A stretch of DNA of 64,000 bases, taken from contig JBHGNT010000014.1 of the NCBI GenBank assembly GCA_043228905.1, positions 3,410,001 to 3,474,000 on the forward strand, read 5' to 3'. The DNA is from Azolla caroliniana. Its lineage: Eukaryota > Plantae > Polypodiophyta. Both the position numbers and the translations under genes were made by a program. The notes beneath the pieces are model-generated. The model saw only the letters and a program-made list of their open reading frames with translations. It was not told the origin of the DNA and made no database searches. Below, one piece after another: positions 24,387-38,036 of the stretch (its first letter is position 1; each line of letters opens with the position of its first letter).

Positions 24387-27300
24387 TCAGTCTTCCTCCA
24401 AAATATCGAGCAAACGCCGCTCGAAGGTGTCAAGTGGTGCCTCTTCCTCCAATTCTTGTTCCTTGCCTACCTGGTCTCCGACCTCCGGTTGGGTTGGCTG
24501 TTCCGTAAAAATTTGTTGCTCCGGCTCTGCTTGATTCTGTGGTGCCGGTGCTTCCTCACCGCTCCGTCCGGGTTCTTCCTGTTCTTCCTCTGTTCCAGGC
24601 TCTGTTCTGTTACCAGTGTCGCTTTCTCTGGTCTCGACTGGTCGGTTCGGTGCGCCTTCTTCCTCTGCTCCGGTGTTTTCCAGTCTCAGCTCTTCTTCTT
24701 CCCCGGCATCGGTCTGCACCTGCTCTTCTTGATTTTCTTGGACCGGAAGTTCTTCTTCGGGTATTCCTTGTCGGGGTTGTTCGGTGTCGGTTGGTTCAGC
24801 TTCAGCCGGTCGCTCTCCCTCACTTATAGTGATTGGCGTCGTTCTTCCCTCGGCTTCCTATCGTAACCGGTCCTGCTCGTATTTCTCCAACTCCAACTGA
24901 GTTGCGAGCTGCCCGTCATCCAACCTCTCTACCAACCCTCGGATTTCTTTGAGATGTTCTTCCGCTAAAGCGTAGAAATCCTCCGACAATTCTTCCCGAA
25001 TGGCGACGATACTTTCTTCATCCATCTTGTAGAACTTGTCACCGGTCTTTTTCCGATTCTCGGCATCAGCTCGGAGTGTCTGCAGCTCGGCTGCCTGTTG
25101 TGACAACTCCTTCCATAGCTTTTCCATACTTTCATTGATGCTTGCCTGAGCTCGGGTACTCCAACATGACATGATGAGCTTGATCCGGTCAACCCCCGCT
25201 TTAGCATGCGCATAAGCTTCTTGCTTTTCCTTCCTTGCCCGTTTTATAATGTCGGCCATTATCTGAGCTTGGGCTTCGTAATCCGCTCTCTGCTTTTCAT
25301 AGGCACTTTGCAGTTTGTTGAGCATGAAGGTCGATCTTTCCTTTTCTTCATTCCGGATCTTGGTCAGATCCAGCTTTTCCCGCCTTAGCGCCTCTAACTC
25401 CTTCCTTCTCTCCGTCGCTTGGGTTATTTCTGCCGACAATGCTTCCTTTTTGGCACTGACCTCGTCCATTGTCTTAGCCATGTCCAATCGGGTCTCTTTG
25501 AGCTGTTCTTTCAGCTTCTCTATTTGTCGGTTGTAGTCTGCTGCCCGTTTCTTGTTGTCTGACTCGGCCTCCTTGTGATCTCGGTAGAGTCGGTCGAAGT
25601 CCTCCGTCTTCTGCTTCAGGCGTCGGCTCACCTGAGCTCTTAACAGGTCGTCCCAGTCCTTCTGTTGTCGGAGTTCTTCCTGCAGTCGCTCTATCTCCTG
25701 CTCGGCCTGTCGACGCAGTCGGTCCTTCTCCTTTTGCAGCTTTTCTTTTTCTTCTTGCAGTCAGTCATTAGTGGCTCGGCCTTTCCGGAGGCCTTCTTCC
25801 ATTCTTCGTCTGTCGTCCTCCACCGCTTTCCGTTGCTCCCTTTCTTTTTCCCTTAATGCCTCCTGAGCTTTTAACTCCTCTCGCAAGGTTTCTATTATTT
25901 TTTCGGTCTCAGGGCCGGTTTGCAAGGCTACCGGTTCCAGTTCCGGTTCTGGTTGCTTCCTTGTTGTCCCGACCGGCTCGGTGACAACTTGTGCTTGTTG
26001 AATTCTTTCCCCCGCTTGCAACAGCTCCCCTTGCAACTCCTGGATCTGTGTTCGGAGCGCGACCAACTCCTGGGTTGTTGTATGCGTCAGGTGTTGCCTA
26101 CGCGTTTCTTCTTCCTCTAACCGGTCCGCTACTCCCGACACCTGCTCCGAAAGCCATCTCAGCCATTGTGGCTTTGTGCTTCCTGTGTCGGAGTAGCATT
26201 GCTCACTTCTACTTCTTAACTCAGGCTATTTTTCCGGCCTTTTCTCTGGCTCCGGTGCTTGTTCATTCCTCTTCTCCGGAATGACCGGTTCTCTGAAGTC
26301 CGGCAAAACCGGTTCCGGTACTGCTTCCCTCGGTGCGGGTTCCGGTACTGCTTCCGCCCTGGCTACTGGAGGTGGTCCTTGCGCCCTCTGCTGAGTTCTG
26401 TCAACTGGTGGAGCCGGTCCTCTCGCCCGTCTCTCCCGACCTTGTCTTCCTGGGAGTCTTACCAGTGGTTCGGATGAGTCTTCTTCCGTCTCCGCTTCCT
26501 CCTCCGGTGCGGCTACCAGATGAACCTTTTGTATAAAGTCCTCTGGTTCCGCTTCCGCTTCCAGCCGTCGCAGCGTTATATTGATTGGTTTGAGCACTAC
26601 CGGTTCTTCCTCGGCCGGTTCCTTGTTGGTCTTCCTCGCCGGTTTTCCTTTGCCTTCTCCTGCCGGTTTTGCCTTTGTTGCCGGTTCCTGTTGCTGTCGG
26701 GATGGTCCTTCCTCCCGCTGTTCTGCTTCTTCCTGGGTCCATCCGGGGGTGTGTTTCTCCAGGATCTGTCGGCGCTTTGTGACCTTTTTCGGCGTCGTCT
26801 CCTGCCGACCTCTTTTCTTTTGTTTGATGGGGAGCACCGGTGGGACTAACACCGTTAGCCATTGTGCTATCCCGGCCCATGGCTTTTTTCCTTCCACAAG
26901 GTTCTTGATGGCCTCCTTCGATCCTTTGGTTATGAAATGGAGCCAGTCCACTTGTAATCCTTCGTATGTTGCAATTACGAACACTGCCCGGTACCTGGCT
27001 ATGGCCAGGGGACGAGAATTCACAAATCCATACTCCATCATGGCGCGGGCCACTTCTCTGAACAACAGGTTCTCTCCGCCCTGTGTTCGGTACGCCTTGT
27101 TGCTAATGGAATACTCACCGAAATATTCGAATAGGATTTGACTTGAAGGGTTTTCGATCGTTTGAAGTCCTCCTGCTTTTATCCCCGTGAGCGCCTGCAC
27201 CGCTCCTTCCGTGACTTCTGATAAATCAATCGATGCTGCCGCCTGCTCCGGTTCTGCGTGTGGTGGAGCGTCGGCGATCCGCAACAATCCTTCTAACCTG

Positions 27301-27650
27301 TTTTCTATCATCCATTGGCGTGCCTCTTCCGACCGTGCCATTGGTTCGGATTCTTCTTCTGTTGTCTGTTGTTCGGGATCGGGATGTGTGTGCTCTGTGC
27401 GTCGGATCGCTCTTCTGTGCTTCTGCGCCTGTGTGTAGGAAAATTCGTAAAAAGTAAGTCCTTCACAGGCCTGTGTCTTATATAGTGGCTTTTGCCTCGA
27501 GCCGCCCTCTTTCGGTTCCCGCGCATGTCTATCTCCCGCCATAATTAGCATGTCCTTTCTTGGTTGCCGCGTGTGCATATCTCCTGTCATCATTAGCAAT
27601 TCTTCTCTTGATTGCCGCGCGTGCATAATACCTCGTACGTCGGTGCCCAC
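24387..27650 (-). pseudogene. Extra sense ORF of gypsy C (~1,090 codons, coiled-coil rich), broken by stops
   Basis: ORFs 26226-27650, 25761-26141, 24858-25631 and 24387-24719 all share one frame. Confidence 0.75.
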
Positions 27651-27972
27651 GTTCTATGCTTTAAATAGCAAGTACGCGCACGTCCTCCTTTACTTCATGG
27701 CGCCTCTTCATTGAATGGTGGCGCTCCCACCTCTTGTGATCTCCCCATCATCATTACTTTGATTTTTTTTTATTTTTTTTTATTTTTTTTTTTGGACCAC
27801 GTCATTTTCCGGTCCCGCCCGATTTGTTCGGGTCGGTTCGCGCTGATACCGGAATCTCCTTCTGTCGGTTTTCCGGGATAGTCTTTGTCGGTATCGGTGT
27901 CGGTTCGGGTCCTACCTGCCCGAGAAAGTGTCCTCCTTGGTCACTTATAAGCTCGATCGGGCATCCATACCG

Positions 27973-30900
27973 TCACCATATGCACTCGTACAGGAACTTT
28001 GCTGTGGAAGCGGCCGTGTTGTCCCGTAAGGCCTTCGCTTCCACCCATTTGGTGCAATAGTCGGTCGCCACTATGACATACCGATTTCCGGTTCGCATTG
28101 CCAATGGCTTGAAGGGACCGACAAAGTCCAAACCCCACTTTTGAAATGGTTCCAATGGCAAGACCGGGTGGTGTGGCATCCGGGCCTGCTCCGTGGGTTG
28201 GCCCAGTCGTTGACACAAATCGCATTCTCTGCTATACTTCACGGCATCTTTTAGGGTGGTGGGCCACCACAGTCCGCTCTTCCATATTTTCCGAGCGGTT
28301 GCGTCACCGGCATAATGCCCGCCGGCAATTCCACAGTGGGCTTCCCTAAGGATTAGATCCTTCTCATCGCTCCGCACTGCTCGTCTCCAGATGTCATCTG
28401 CCCCCTTGTGATAGAGGGTGTCTCCAACCAAGCAGAAATGTCTGCTTCTTACTGCTACCCTTTTCCTTTCATCGCGGTCCATGTTCTCTGGGGGTACTCC
28501 GGTGCTCAGGAACTGATGCATCTCGGTTAGCCACTTGTCTTCATCGGCTACCGTTGCATCCGTTGCCGGTTCCGTCGTGATCCAGAACAACTCGGCGTCG
28601 GGGAACTCATCCTGTACGCCGTCCCCTGCTTCTCCAGATTCGAGTCTGCTTAGGTGGTCCGCTACCACATGTTGCGCCCCGGGTCGGTGGAAAATGTCGA
28701 ATTCAAATTCCTGTAACAGCAGTGTCCATCGTGCAATTTTTCCTATCAGGGATGCCTTTGAGACCAGGTAGAGTAGTGCCGAATGGTCGACATGGAAGGA
28801 AAACTTCCTTCCGAGCAGATAGTGCCTGTACTTTGTGACACTATACACCATTCCTAATGCCTCTCGTTCCGTCGTAGAGTAGTTGCGTTCGGCTTTTGAG
28901 AGTTTCTGGCTTGCGTAGTACACCGGCCGGTACCATTTCGGCTCCGTGAGTTGCATCAGAACGCTGCCGATTGGTACGTCTGACGCGTTGACGAAGACGT
29001 GAAAGCTTTTACTCCAATCCGGCGGTTGCACCACCGGAGCTTGCGACAGCATAACCTTGTGTACGGCGGCATGCAATGGTGTAGCGAAGTCTGCGAGGTG
29101 CCGTATCATCCGGCTATGCCACCTTATTTGGCCCAGGAACCGGCTTAAAGCCTTTGCGTTATTTGGTGCCGGTGCCTCGAGAATCGCCTTTACTTTATCC
29201 GGATCTACCGCGATTCCTTCCTTACTCACCACATGCCCTAGCAAGTTGCCGCTTGCCACTCCAAAGACGCACTTGGCCGGGTTCAGACTCAACCGGTACT
29301 CGCGGCACTTCTCTAAGCACAACCGAAGGTGATCGAGATGCTCTCTGTGCCGGCTGTAGACCGCGAAATCGTCAAGGAAGACCTGCATAAAACCGGGGAT
29401 ATATTCCCCGAAAATTTCCATTATTATCCTTTGAAAGGTCGTTGGGGCCGTCTTTAGTCCGAACATCATCACGACCGCGACGAACACTCCCCATTCCGTA
29501 ATGAACGCTGTCTTCTCCTGGTCGGCCAGGTTCATTCGTATTTGGTTGTAACCGCTAAATCCATCCAGGAAGCTGTAAACTTCGTGGCCGGCTACCGCAT
29601 CTAACACCCCGTCCGTAAATGGTAGTGGAAACGCATCGGTCACCGTTGCGGCATTTAGTTTCCAGTAGTCCACACATACCCGGATTTTGCCGTTCTTTTT
29701 CGGGACCACCACTATCGGACTCAGCCAGGTTGCCTGCTTGACCGGTCGGATAAATCCGACCCGGAGGAGCTTATCAATCTCCTCCTTCACCTTCGCCGCA
29801 TAATTCGGATTCATCCGGTACCTGCGTTGAGCGATCGGTTTCGCATCCGTACTTAGGTGAATTTGGTGCTGATAGAGTTGGGGGTCCAGCCCTCGCATGT
29901 CTTCGTATGACCACGCGAACACATCCTTGAAGTCTGTTAATAATGCTACCATTGCCTTCTTTTCTTCCTTCGGCAATTCCTTTGCGACATTTACCGGTCG
30001 GGGCTTGTCTGTTGTGCCGAGGTCCACCTCCTCTAGTTGGGATGCTTTTACCCTCTGGGATATCGTCATCTCCCTCTCTAGGGATTCCTGCGCTTGTCGC
30101 AGTTCCCAGATCGCCGCTTGGTCTAGTTCGTCCGGCGTCGTGATGTACGGTTCTACTACCGCCGTGATATCCACCTCAAATAGTGGGACGATTCGTGGGT
30201 GTTCCTCGAGGTACCGATTGACTTCCTCGTCCGGTAATCCCTCCAACATGTTGATGCTTTCCGCATACAATGGAGTTGCTTCCTTACTGGCGATCACCCG
30301 TGGTTGCGTCGCTACTCGTACCTTTGTTTTCCCTCGCCGGAATGTGATCATGTTCTTTTGCCAATTCTGCTTGATATGCGCCGTTCGCAGCCATGGTCGT
30401 CCTAACAGTAGGGGGTACGCGCCTTGTACATTCAGCTGCAGCACCACGGTCGATATCCGGAATACGTGGCCTCCAATCGTTACTTCCAAATCCCGGATAA
30501 TCCCGGTCGGTCGGACTGAGCTGGTATCCGCCATGCGTAACCAGAAGGGGCATGGTTCCCACTCCCGGATGCCTAGGTTGTCGCATGTCTGTCGGCTGAT
30601 GACATTTACCCCGGAGCCTTCGTCAATAATTGTTCCGGCAATTTCCTTTCCTTTCACAATTGTCGTGATCGCCGGGCTACGTGTATCGACCACAGCTGGT
30701 CCTTCCTCTGGGTTGGAGAAGAATGTCGGTGCTGGCGTTGGCTTTGGTTTGCTCACGGATGCCTGTAAATCTGTCGTAAACCGTGGCACCAACTGTAGTA
30801 GCCGTGCTAACGGCAGCACGATTTGACAGTCCTGGAGCGCTTGCCACGTCGGGTTTTCTCCTGGCTGTATGATTTCTTCGTCTTTTGGCATATTTTGGTC

Positions 30901-31485
30901 TCTTACTTCTGCCGCATTCTGTTCATTGGCCTTCTTGATCCATTGCGCCGCTTGTTTTCTGATTGCCTCCTGGGCTTCCCACTCGGCGGCCTTCCCCTTT
31001 GACTGGGTTGTGACCTGCTGCACTTCCATTATTTCAGCTGTAACCATGTTGACTGTCGGCTGCTTGTCATTGGTTTTGCTTGGGCATTGGTTACTATAAT
31101 GGCCCTCCTTACGGCAGTAATAACAGTACACCTTGTGACTGTTGCTCGTTTCTCCTTTGTCCCCGGTTTGGGGGGTGGGTATACTTCGGCGGTCGTCTTC
31201 GGTTTTTCGGTTATCCGGTACCGATACCGGGTTGTCATTCCTTGCTGCCTCCCGACGTTCCTCTTCGGAAAAATCCACGCTTCTGATTCCGTCTAAAATT
31301 CCGGTTCCCTTGTCGCCTCTCTTCTTTGCGTCGTTCGTATTCCGGGGATTCGTCTCGGTCGTACCGGTCCCGGGGGTAGCTATCTCTGCGTTTCTCCTCT
31401 CGGTCATAGTTATCGCGTCTTCTATCAGCGTATCTGTTACCGCGTTCCCGTTGGTAGCGGTCGTCTCTCCGGAATCGATCCTCAT
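27973..31485 (-). pseudogene. pol: Gypsy C pol (CCHC-PR-RT-RNaseH-INT), integrase truncated
   Basis: [60 protein letters not shown]; frame breaks after FLYECIW. Confidence 0.92.
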
Positions 31486-32920
31486 CCGGGTCTTGATTGC
31501 GCGGTTCTATGTGTCGAACCGGTGCCGCCTGCCGATTTAACAGGTTATATTCGCATCGGTCCGTTGTATGGGCTCGAGAGTTGCAGATCATACATTGTGT
31601 CCGCAGGTTGCAGTCTACCGTTGAGTGGCCCGAATTTAGGCATGTTGTGCATTGTAAGGCCTGTCGGAACCTCAGGTCTTCCTCCTTTGGGAGTGCCTGG
31701 TGTAACATCCCCATCGACAAGAAGGAGCTAGTCTTGTCCATTTCTAAGACCCGATCAATAACTTGGTCCATTGTGCTGGTGCGGAAATCAAGGACTCCGC
31801 ACATCGTTCAAAGTGGCTCTTTTAGCGCGGCCAAAAAGACTGCTTTGGCTTCGTCTTCAGGTGGTGCTCTCGTCAGTTGGTTGTGCAGGGTCTGAAACCG
31901 AATGATGAATTGTGGCACAGTCTCGTTCTCTTCCTGCCGGGTGGTGTAGAACTGCCCGACCAATTCCCTTTGCTCAACTTGTCTATGAAAAAACCTGAGG
32001 AATTTGGCCTTCAAGGCATCGAATGTGGCAAAGCTGCCCGGTAAGTGCTTTGCATGCCATCGGGCCGCCGGTCCTTCTAAGGTCATGCCGAATTCGGCGA
32101 CTTTGGATCGATCGTTCGGCTTCGGGCTCCGTCAGTCTTTGGGAAACATGGTTGGCTTCCCATGTTTGGAGGAATGCGTACACGTGTGCCTCCGCGTCGG
32201 GCTCATCCCGGTACTTTGGGTATGGGTACGGCATCGTGTCGTCCAATTGACTCTCCTGCTCTCTCCGCTCTCTGTCCGTTGTTGGCGTCAGTGTGAGAAC
32301 CTTCGGTTCCTCCGCGGTTGGTGTCGGTATCCGCTCCTTCAGTTCCTTCGCGGCTATTGTCGGTATCCGCTCCTTTGGTTCCTCCGCAGTTGTTGTCGGT
32401 GTCCGGTCCTTCAGTTCCTTCGCAGGTGTTGTCGGTATCCGGTCAGCCTCCCTCGGCGATTGCCGGTCACCAAACTCCAAGGTTATTTCTTCCTCTGGCT
32501 CCAGTGTTACTGAGTCTTCCGACTCCTCTTCACCCGGGTCGTTTGGTGTGTCGTGGCTGCTTTTATACCGGGACGCAACGCTTCCGTCGCTTTCTGACTC
32601 TGCCTCGAGTGTTGCGAATGCTTCCGAGTCCCCGTCGCCACCGCCGAGCGTCTGTAGTATCGTTTCCGCCTCTTGCAGGCTTGTTATGCTACTACCTTCG
32701 TCGGGGACTTGCAGAACCCGGAACTGCAGTGCTTCTTCTGCGACTCTCCGAAGAGTTCTGGAGAATGACCGATCTCGCCGGATCTCGTCAACGGCTTGCT
32801 GCAGGGCTTCCCGTCGTTGCTCTGGTTCGGTGTATCGTCTCCCTCGTTCGGTGATGTGGTCGTCATTTGGTCTAGATATGCATCCCCCGGTTGTCCTCTG
32901 CACTTTGCAGGAATCGTGGT
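31235..32920 (-). pseudogene. gag: Gypsy C gag, frameshifted
   Basis: Capsid-like TLEGPAARW..F..Q..ETV..F..RF and tandem CCHC-like motifs (CTTCLNSGHSTVDC, CMICNSRAHTTDRC). Confidence 0.8.
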
Positions 32921-35900
32921 CGCCAAAATAGTGTTGTATGCCTGGCCGGACTAGCCTCAACACAGGTGTCTATCCGACACTTCTCCAAAGGGGTGGTAAG
33001 GATTGGATACTAGGTTACACGCGTAAGATGATTACACTAAGCACTGACGGTAAAACAATACAAAGACAAAGATAAACACGCAATAAGTATATTTGTATTA
33101 CTTCCGTAAAGCATTTACAAATCATCGGATCCTTTTATAGGCATCCGGCAAGGTTACAATCGGTGCGCTTAGGCAACCGGCATCTGAATCGGTCTGGATC
33201 CGGATCGGTACCACTGTACCGGATCCATCCCTCCGAATAATAAATATACTATTATTTACTTCCTATTATCCGATCCAACTCCGCCTTCCCACTTGTCCTT
33301 GCTCTTCTGACCGGCCAACACCGGAAGCTGTGGGCCACACCGTTCAAGACGAAGGATCAGGTGTTATTTGTCTTCAAAGAGCTCCACGCGAGAGTGGAAA
33401 GAGAAACCGGCCGGAAGCTGTAGGCAGTTCGAGCAGATAACGGAAAGGAGTACTGTCGCTCGAAGGGAATCCGGCTCGAATTTATCGTGCCGAAGACGCC
33501 GGAACTAAACAGGCTAGCCGAGAGGATGAACCAGACCATAATGGAGAGGGTCCGGAGTATGCTGGCACATGCAAAACAACCCAAGAAGTTTTGGGCTGAG
33601 GAACTTTCGACGGCGACATATGTGATAAACAGATCACCCTCAGTACCCTTGGACACAAACACGCCACAGAGAGTCTGGACTAGTAAGGAAGTGTCCTACC
33701 GGCATCTGAAGGTATTCGGGTGTCTCGCGTACGTGCATGTAGCTAAGGACCGGAGAGGAAAGTTGGATCCAAAGACCCGTCCATGCATATTCCTCGGTTA
33801 CGGTAAGGATCGCCGACTGGGAGTCAGAGAAGAAGATAATGAACTCCGAGTTGACCGGTAAGGATCGATTCTACGATGAGCAGACCCAACCGGCAAGAGA
33901 CCGGTTAGCACTCGAGGAACCAGCCGGTTACGGTGAGGATACCGAACCGGCAGAAGAAGAAGTAGAGGAAGCTGAGACCGGAACCGGTCAAGACCCCGAA
34001 TCGGATTCGGATGAAGAGCAAATGGAGGAACCGATTACCGAAGCCCGAAGACGTAGATACCCTCTCAGAGAGAGAAGGGCGCCCCGGAGATTTCCGGATG
34101 CAGAGCATGTCCTGCTGACCGATGAGGGGGAGCCGGAAAGCTTCGAAGAAGCGAAGGTTGACACCCATAGCCGAAAATGGTTAAGTGCCATGCAGGATGA
34201 GATGGATTCCCTGCATGAGAACCATACGTACGAATTGGTGGAGCTGCCGAAAGGAAAGCGGGCACTCCGAAACAAGTGGGTATTCAAGTTGAAACCGGGA
34301 GATGCCGGCAACCCCCCGAGATACAAAGCCAGGATCGTGGTGAAGGGGTTCCAGCAGAAGAAGGCCGTGGACTTCGACGAGATATTTTTGTTGGTAGACA
34401 GGTCCCTCCGGATGGTGCAGGCCCGGTATGAACCGGATGAGGAGAACCCGACTTCGGAGAGTCGGATGGTGCAGGCCCGGTATGAACCAGATGAGGAGTA
34501 CCCGACTTCTGGGAGAGTCGGATGGTGCAAGCCCGGTATGAACCGGATGAGGAGAACCCGACTTCTAGGAGAGTCGGATGGTGCAGGCCCGGTATGAACC
34601 GGATGAGGAGTACCCGACTGTGGAGAGTCGGATGGAGCCCATCGAGGCTACATTTGTAAACAGCTGAAAAGTCATATTAGTATAAATATGACTTAGGGCA
34701 AACTTTTAGTATGTGTTGTCATTCTTGTTGGTAATCCTTCCTTGTTGGTGCAAGAAGAAATCAGAGCGCGTAACTGTACAGAGAGACAGAGAGAGAGAGA
34801 GAGAGTCGAGGTCGTTGCCTCTGTTGTAACCGCCGCCTGTGGCGAAGATCTGAGAGCACGAGGTCATTGCCTCGGTGATCTCACTGTTGTATATTTCTAC
34901 ATAGTGACAGTTTGCAGCTTGTGGGCTGCCGTGGTTTTCCCCCTATTTTGGGGTTTTCCACGTATACCTCCTGTGTACCATTTCTCCTCTTTTGTGTCGC
35001 GTTTCATTACCTGTTTTTCTGTGTATGAAAAGAATCTCGGTTGTGGCCGAGCGTCGGACATAAGGAACGTCGAGTTCTCAACAAGTGGTATCAGAGCGAA
35101 ATCGACACAGAAAATGGACGAATAGTTTGGCGGCATGTTCAAGCTCACCAGCTCCAACTATTCAGTGTGGAAGTCGAAGATGAGAGACATGCTCGTGGTA
35201 AAAGACCTCTGGCTGCCGGTTCAGTTCAGGGACAAGAGACCGGACAAAATCGACGCCGCGATATGGGAGGTGATGCACATGAAGACAACGGCGTACATAC
35301 AGTGCTTCATCGACATGAGCCTGTACAACAACTTCAATGAAGAGAGTAAGGCTCATGAGCTCTGGGAGAAGATCGGCACAATGTTCCAGAACAAAAATGT
35401 TGTCAATCAGGCGTCGGTATTCCGGAAGCTTGTAAGACTCCGGTACCAAGATGGCCACAGCATGGCGGAGCATATGAATGCCTTCCAGGGGCTGATTCAC
35501 CAGGCAACGTCATTGGAAGTACCTCTTGCCGATGAGGTCCTAGCGCTACTCCTGCTCGGTTCCCTCCCGGATAGCTGCGAGACGTTGGTTGTTACTTTGG
35601 GCAACGCCGGGCCGGAAGGAAAACGGCTATCCCTAGCAAGAGTAAAATCGAGCTTGCTAGATGAGGAGGCTCGTCGGAAAGACAAAGATACGAGCTCCGA
35701 CTCCAAAGCGCTCCTTACCGAATCGGAATGCGGAAGACAAGGAAACCGACGGTACCAATTCGAAGCAAACCCCGAACCGGAACGGTAAAGACCGGAGGGG
35801 GCAGGACCAGAAGGGAACGACGGCAATCGCGGCAAGTGAAGAGGAATTGATGCTCATCACCGAGGAGAGTGAGATAAACCATGCCGGCGATTAGATTACC

Positions 35901-38036
35901 TGGGTGGTAGACTCCGGAGCGTCGTTCCACCTTACCCCGGACCGGAAATGCTTCTCATCCTACTCAACCGGTGATCACGGCTGTGTCCGGATGGGGAATG
36001 AAGGAACATGCCGAATTGTCGGCATAGGAGACGTGTGGCTGACAACACCAACCGGATGCAAATTGCTGTTGAAAGATGTCCGACACGTTCCGGAAGTTCG
36101 TCTGAACCTGATATCAACCGGTCGGCTAGATGATGAAGGCTACACGGGTAGCATCCGGAACGGTGTCATGAAGTTCAGCAAAGGGAGCCTGATTGTGGCT
36201 CGGGCCCGGAAGGTAAACACATTGTACCTGATGAATACCCGGTTATGTCCGGAAGAAGTGAACGTGGCTTCCGACACTGCCGGTGAGCTGTGGCACAAGA
36301 GGCTATGTCACATGAGTGAGACGGGGATGAAGAGGCTTGCAGACGACAACCTCATCCCAGTGAAGAACGTGCATTTAGAGAAGTGCACTGATTGTCTGGC
36401 CGGTAAGCAGAACCGGACCTCCTTCCGACCAAGGCCACCGATGAGACGTAATGCACCACTGGAGTTGGTGCATACGGATGTTTGTCAAGTAGACACGAAG
36501 TCACATGCCGGAGCGCAGTACTTCGTGACGTTCATAGATGACCACAGCCGGAAGCTGTGGGCCACACCGCTGAAGACGAAGGATCAGGTGTTATCCGTCT
36601 TCAAAGAGCTCCACGCGAGAGTGGAAAGAGAAACCGGCCGGAAGCTGAAGGCGGTTCGAGCAGATAACGGAGGTGAGTACCGGGGGCAGTTCGAGGAGTA
36701 CTGCCGCTCGAAGGGAATCCGGCTCGAATTTACCGTGCCGAAGACGCCGGAACTAAACGGACTGGCCGAGAGGATGAACCGGACCATAATGGAGAGGGTC
36801 CGGAGTATGCTAGCGCATGCAAAACTACCCAAGAAGTTTTGGGCTGAGGCACTGTCGACGGCGACATATGTGATAAACAGATCACCCTCAGTACCCTTGG
36901 ACGGAGACACGCCACAGAGAGAATGGACCGGTAAGGAAGTGTCCTACCGGCATCTAAGGGTGTTCGGGTGTCTCGCGTACGTGCATGTAGCAAAGGACCG
37001 GAGAGGAAAGCTAGATCCAAAGACCCGGCCATGCATATTCCTCGGTTACGGTGACGACGAGTTCGGCTACCGAGTGTGGGACCCGGTCGACAAGAAGGTA
37101 TTCCGGAGTCGAGATATTATCTTCATGGAGGACAAGACGCTCGCCGACTGGGAGTCGGAGAAGAAGATAGTGAACTCCGAGTCGACCGGTAAGGATAGAC
37201 TCTACAATGAGCAGACCCAACCGGCAAGAGACCGGTTAGCACTCGAGGAACCAGCCGGTTACGGTGAGGATACCGAACCGGCAGAAGAAGAAGTAGAGGA
37301 AGCTGAGACCGGAACCGGTCAAGACCCCGAATCGGATTCGGATGAAGAGCAAATGGAGGAACCGATTACCGAAGCCCGAAGACGTAGATACCCTCTCAGA
37401 GAGAGAAGGGCGCCCCGGAGATTTCCGGATGCAGAGCATGTCCTGCTGACCGATGAGGGGGAGCCGGAAAGCTTCGAAGAAGCGAAGGTTGACACCCATA
37501 GCCGAAAATGGTTAAGTGCCATGCAGGATGAGATGGATTCCCTGCATGAGAACCATACGTACGAATTGGTGGAGCTGCCGAAAGGAAAGCGGGCACTCCG
37601 AAACAAGTGGGTATTCAAGTTGAAACCGGGAGATGCCGGCAACCCCCCGAGATACAAAGCCAAGATCGTGGTGAAGGGGTTCCAGCAGAAGAAGGCCGTG
37701 GACTTCGACGAAATATTCGCCCCGGTAGTAAAGATGACCTCCATCCGGACGGTGCTGAGTATAGCAGCAAGCATGGATCTCGAGGTAGAGCACCTGGACG
37801 TGAAGACGGCATTCCTTCACGGCGACCTTGAAGAGGAGATCTACATGCAGCAACCGGAAGGATTTGTGGAGAAAGGGAAGGAGCACCTGGTATGCCGGTT
37901 GAAGAAGAGCCTATACGGACTGAAGCAGGCTCCCCGGCAATGGTATCGGAAGTTCGACTCCTTCATGACCGATCAAGGGTACCACAAGACGCAGGTCGAT
38001 CACTGCGTGTTTGTGAAGAAGTTCGAAGGAGGGGAC

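Larger units (their letters stand above)
23948..33320 (-). mobile_element. Non-chromoviral Ty3/gypsy element C with a 3' extra ORF
   Basis: 389-bp LTRs 23948-24336 and 32932-33320 with about 5 mismatches; TSD CCGGA; minus-strand PBS TGGCGACCAC (32916-32925); gag-PR-RT-RH-INT, no chromodomain seen. Confidence 0.93.

Noticed and set aside
29897-30826. 309-aa plus-strand ORF and similar antisense ORFs
   Set aside because: These are antisense shadows of gypsy C pol and gag.
31235-31485. Programmed frameshift in the gypsy C gag/pol overlap
   Set aside because: At the candidate GGATTTTT site pol is +1 to gag and no canonical in-frame slippery heptamer is present; decay indels are equally plausible.
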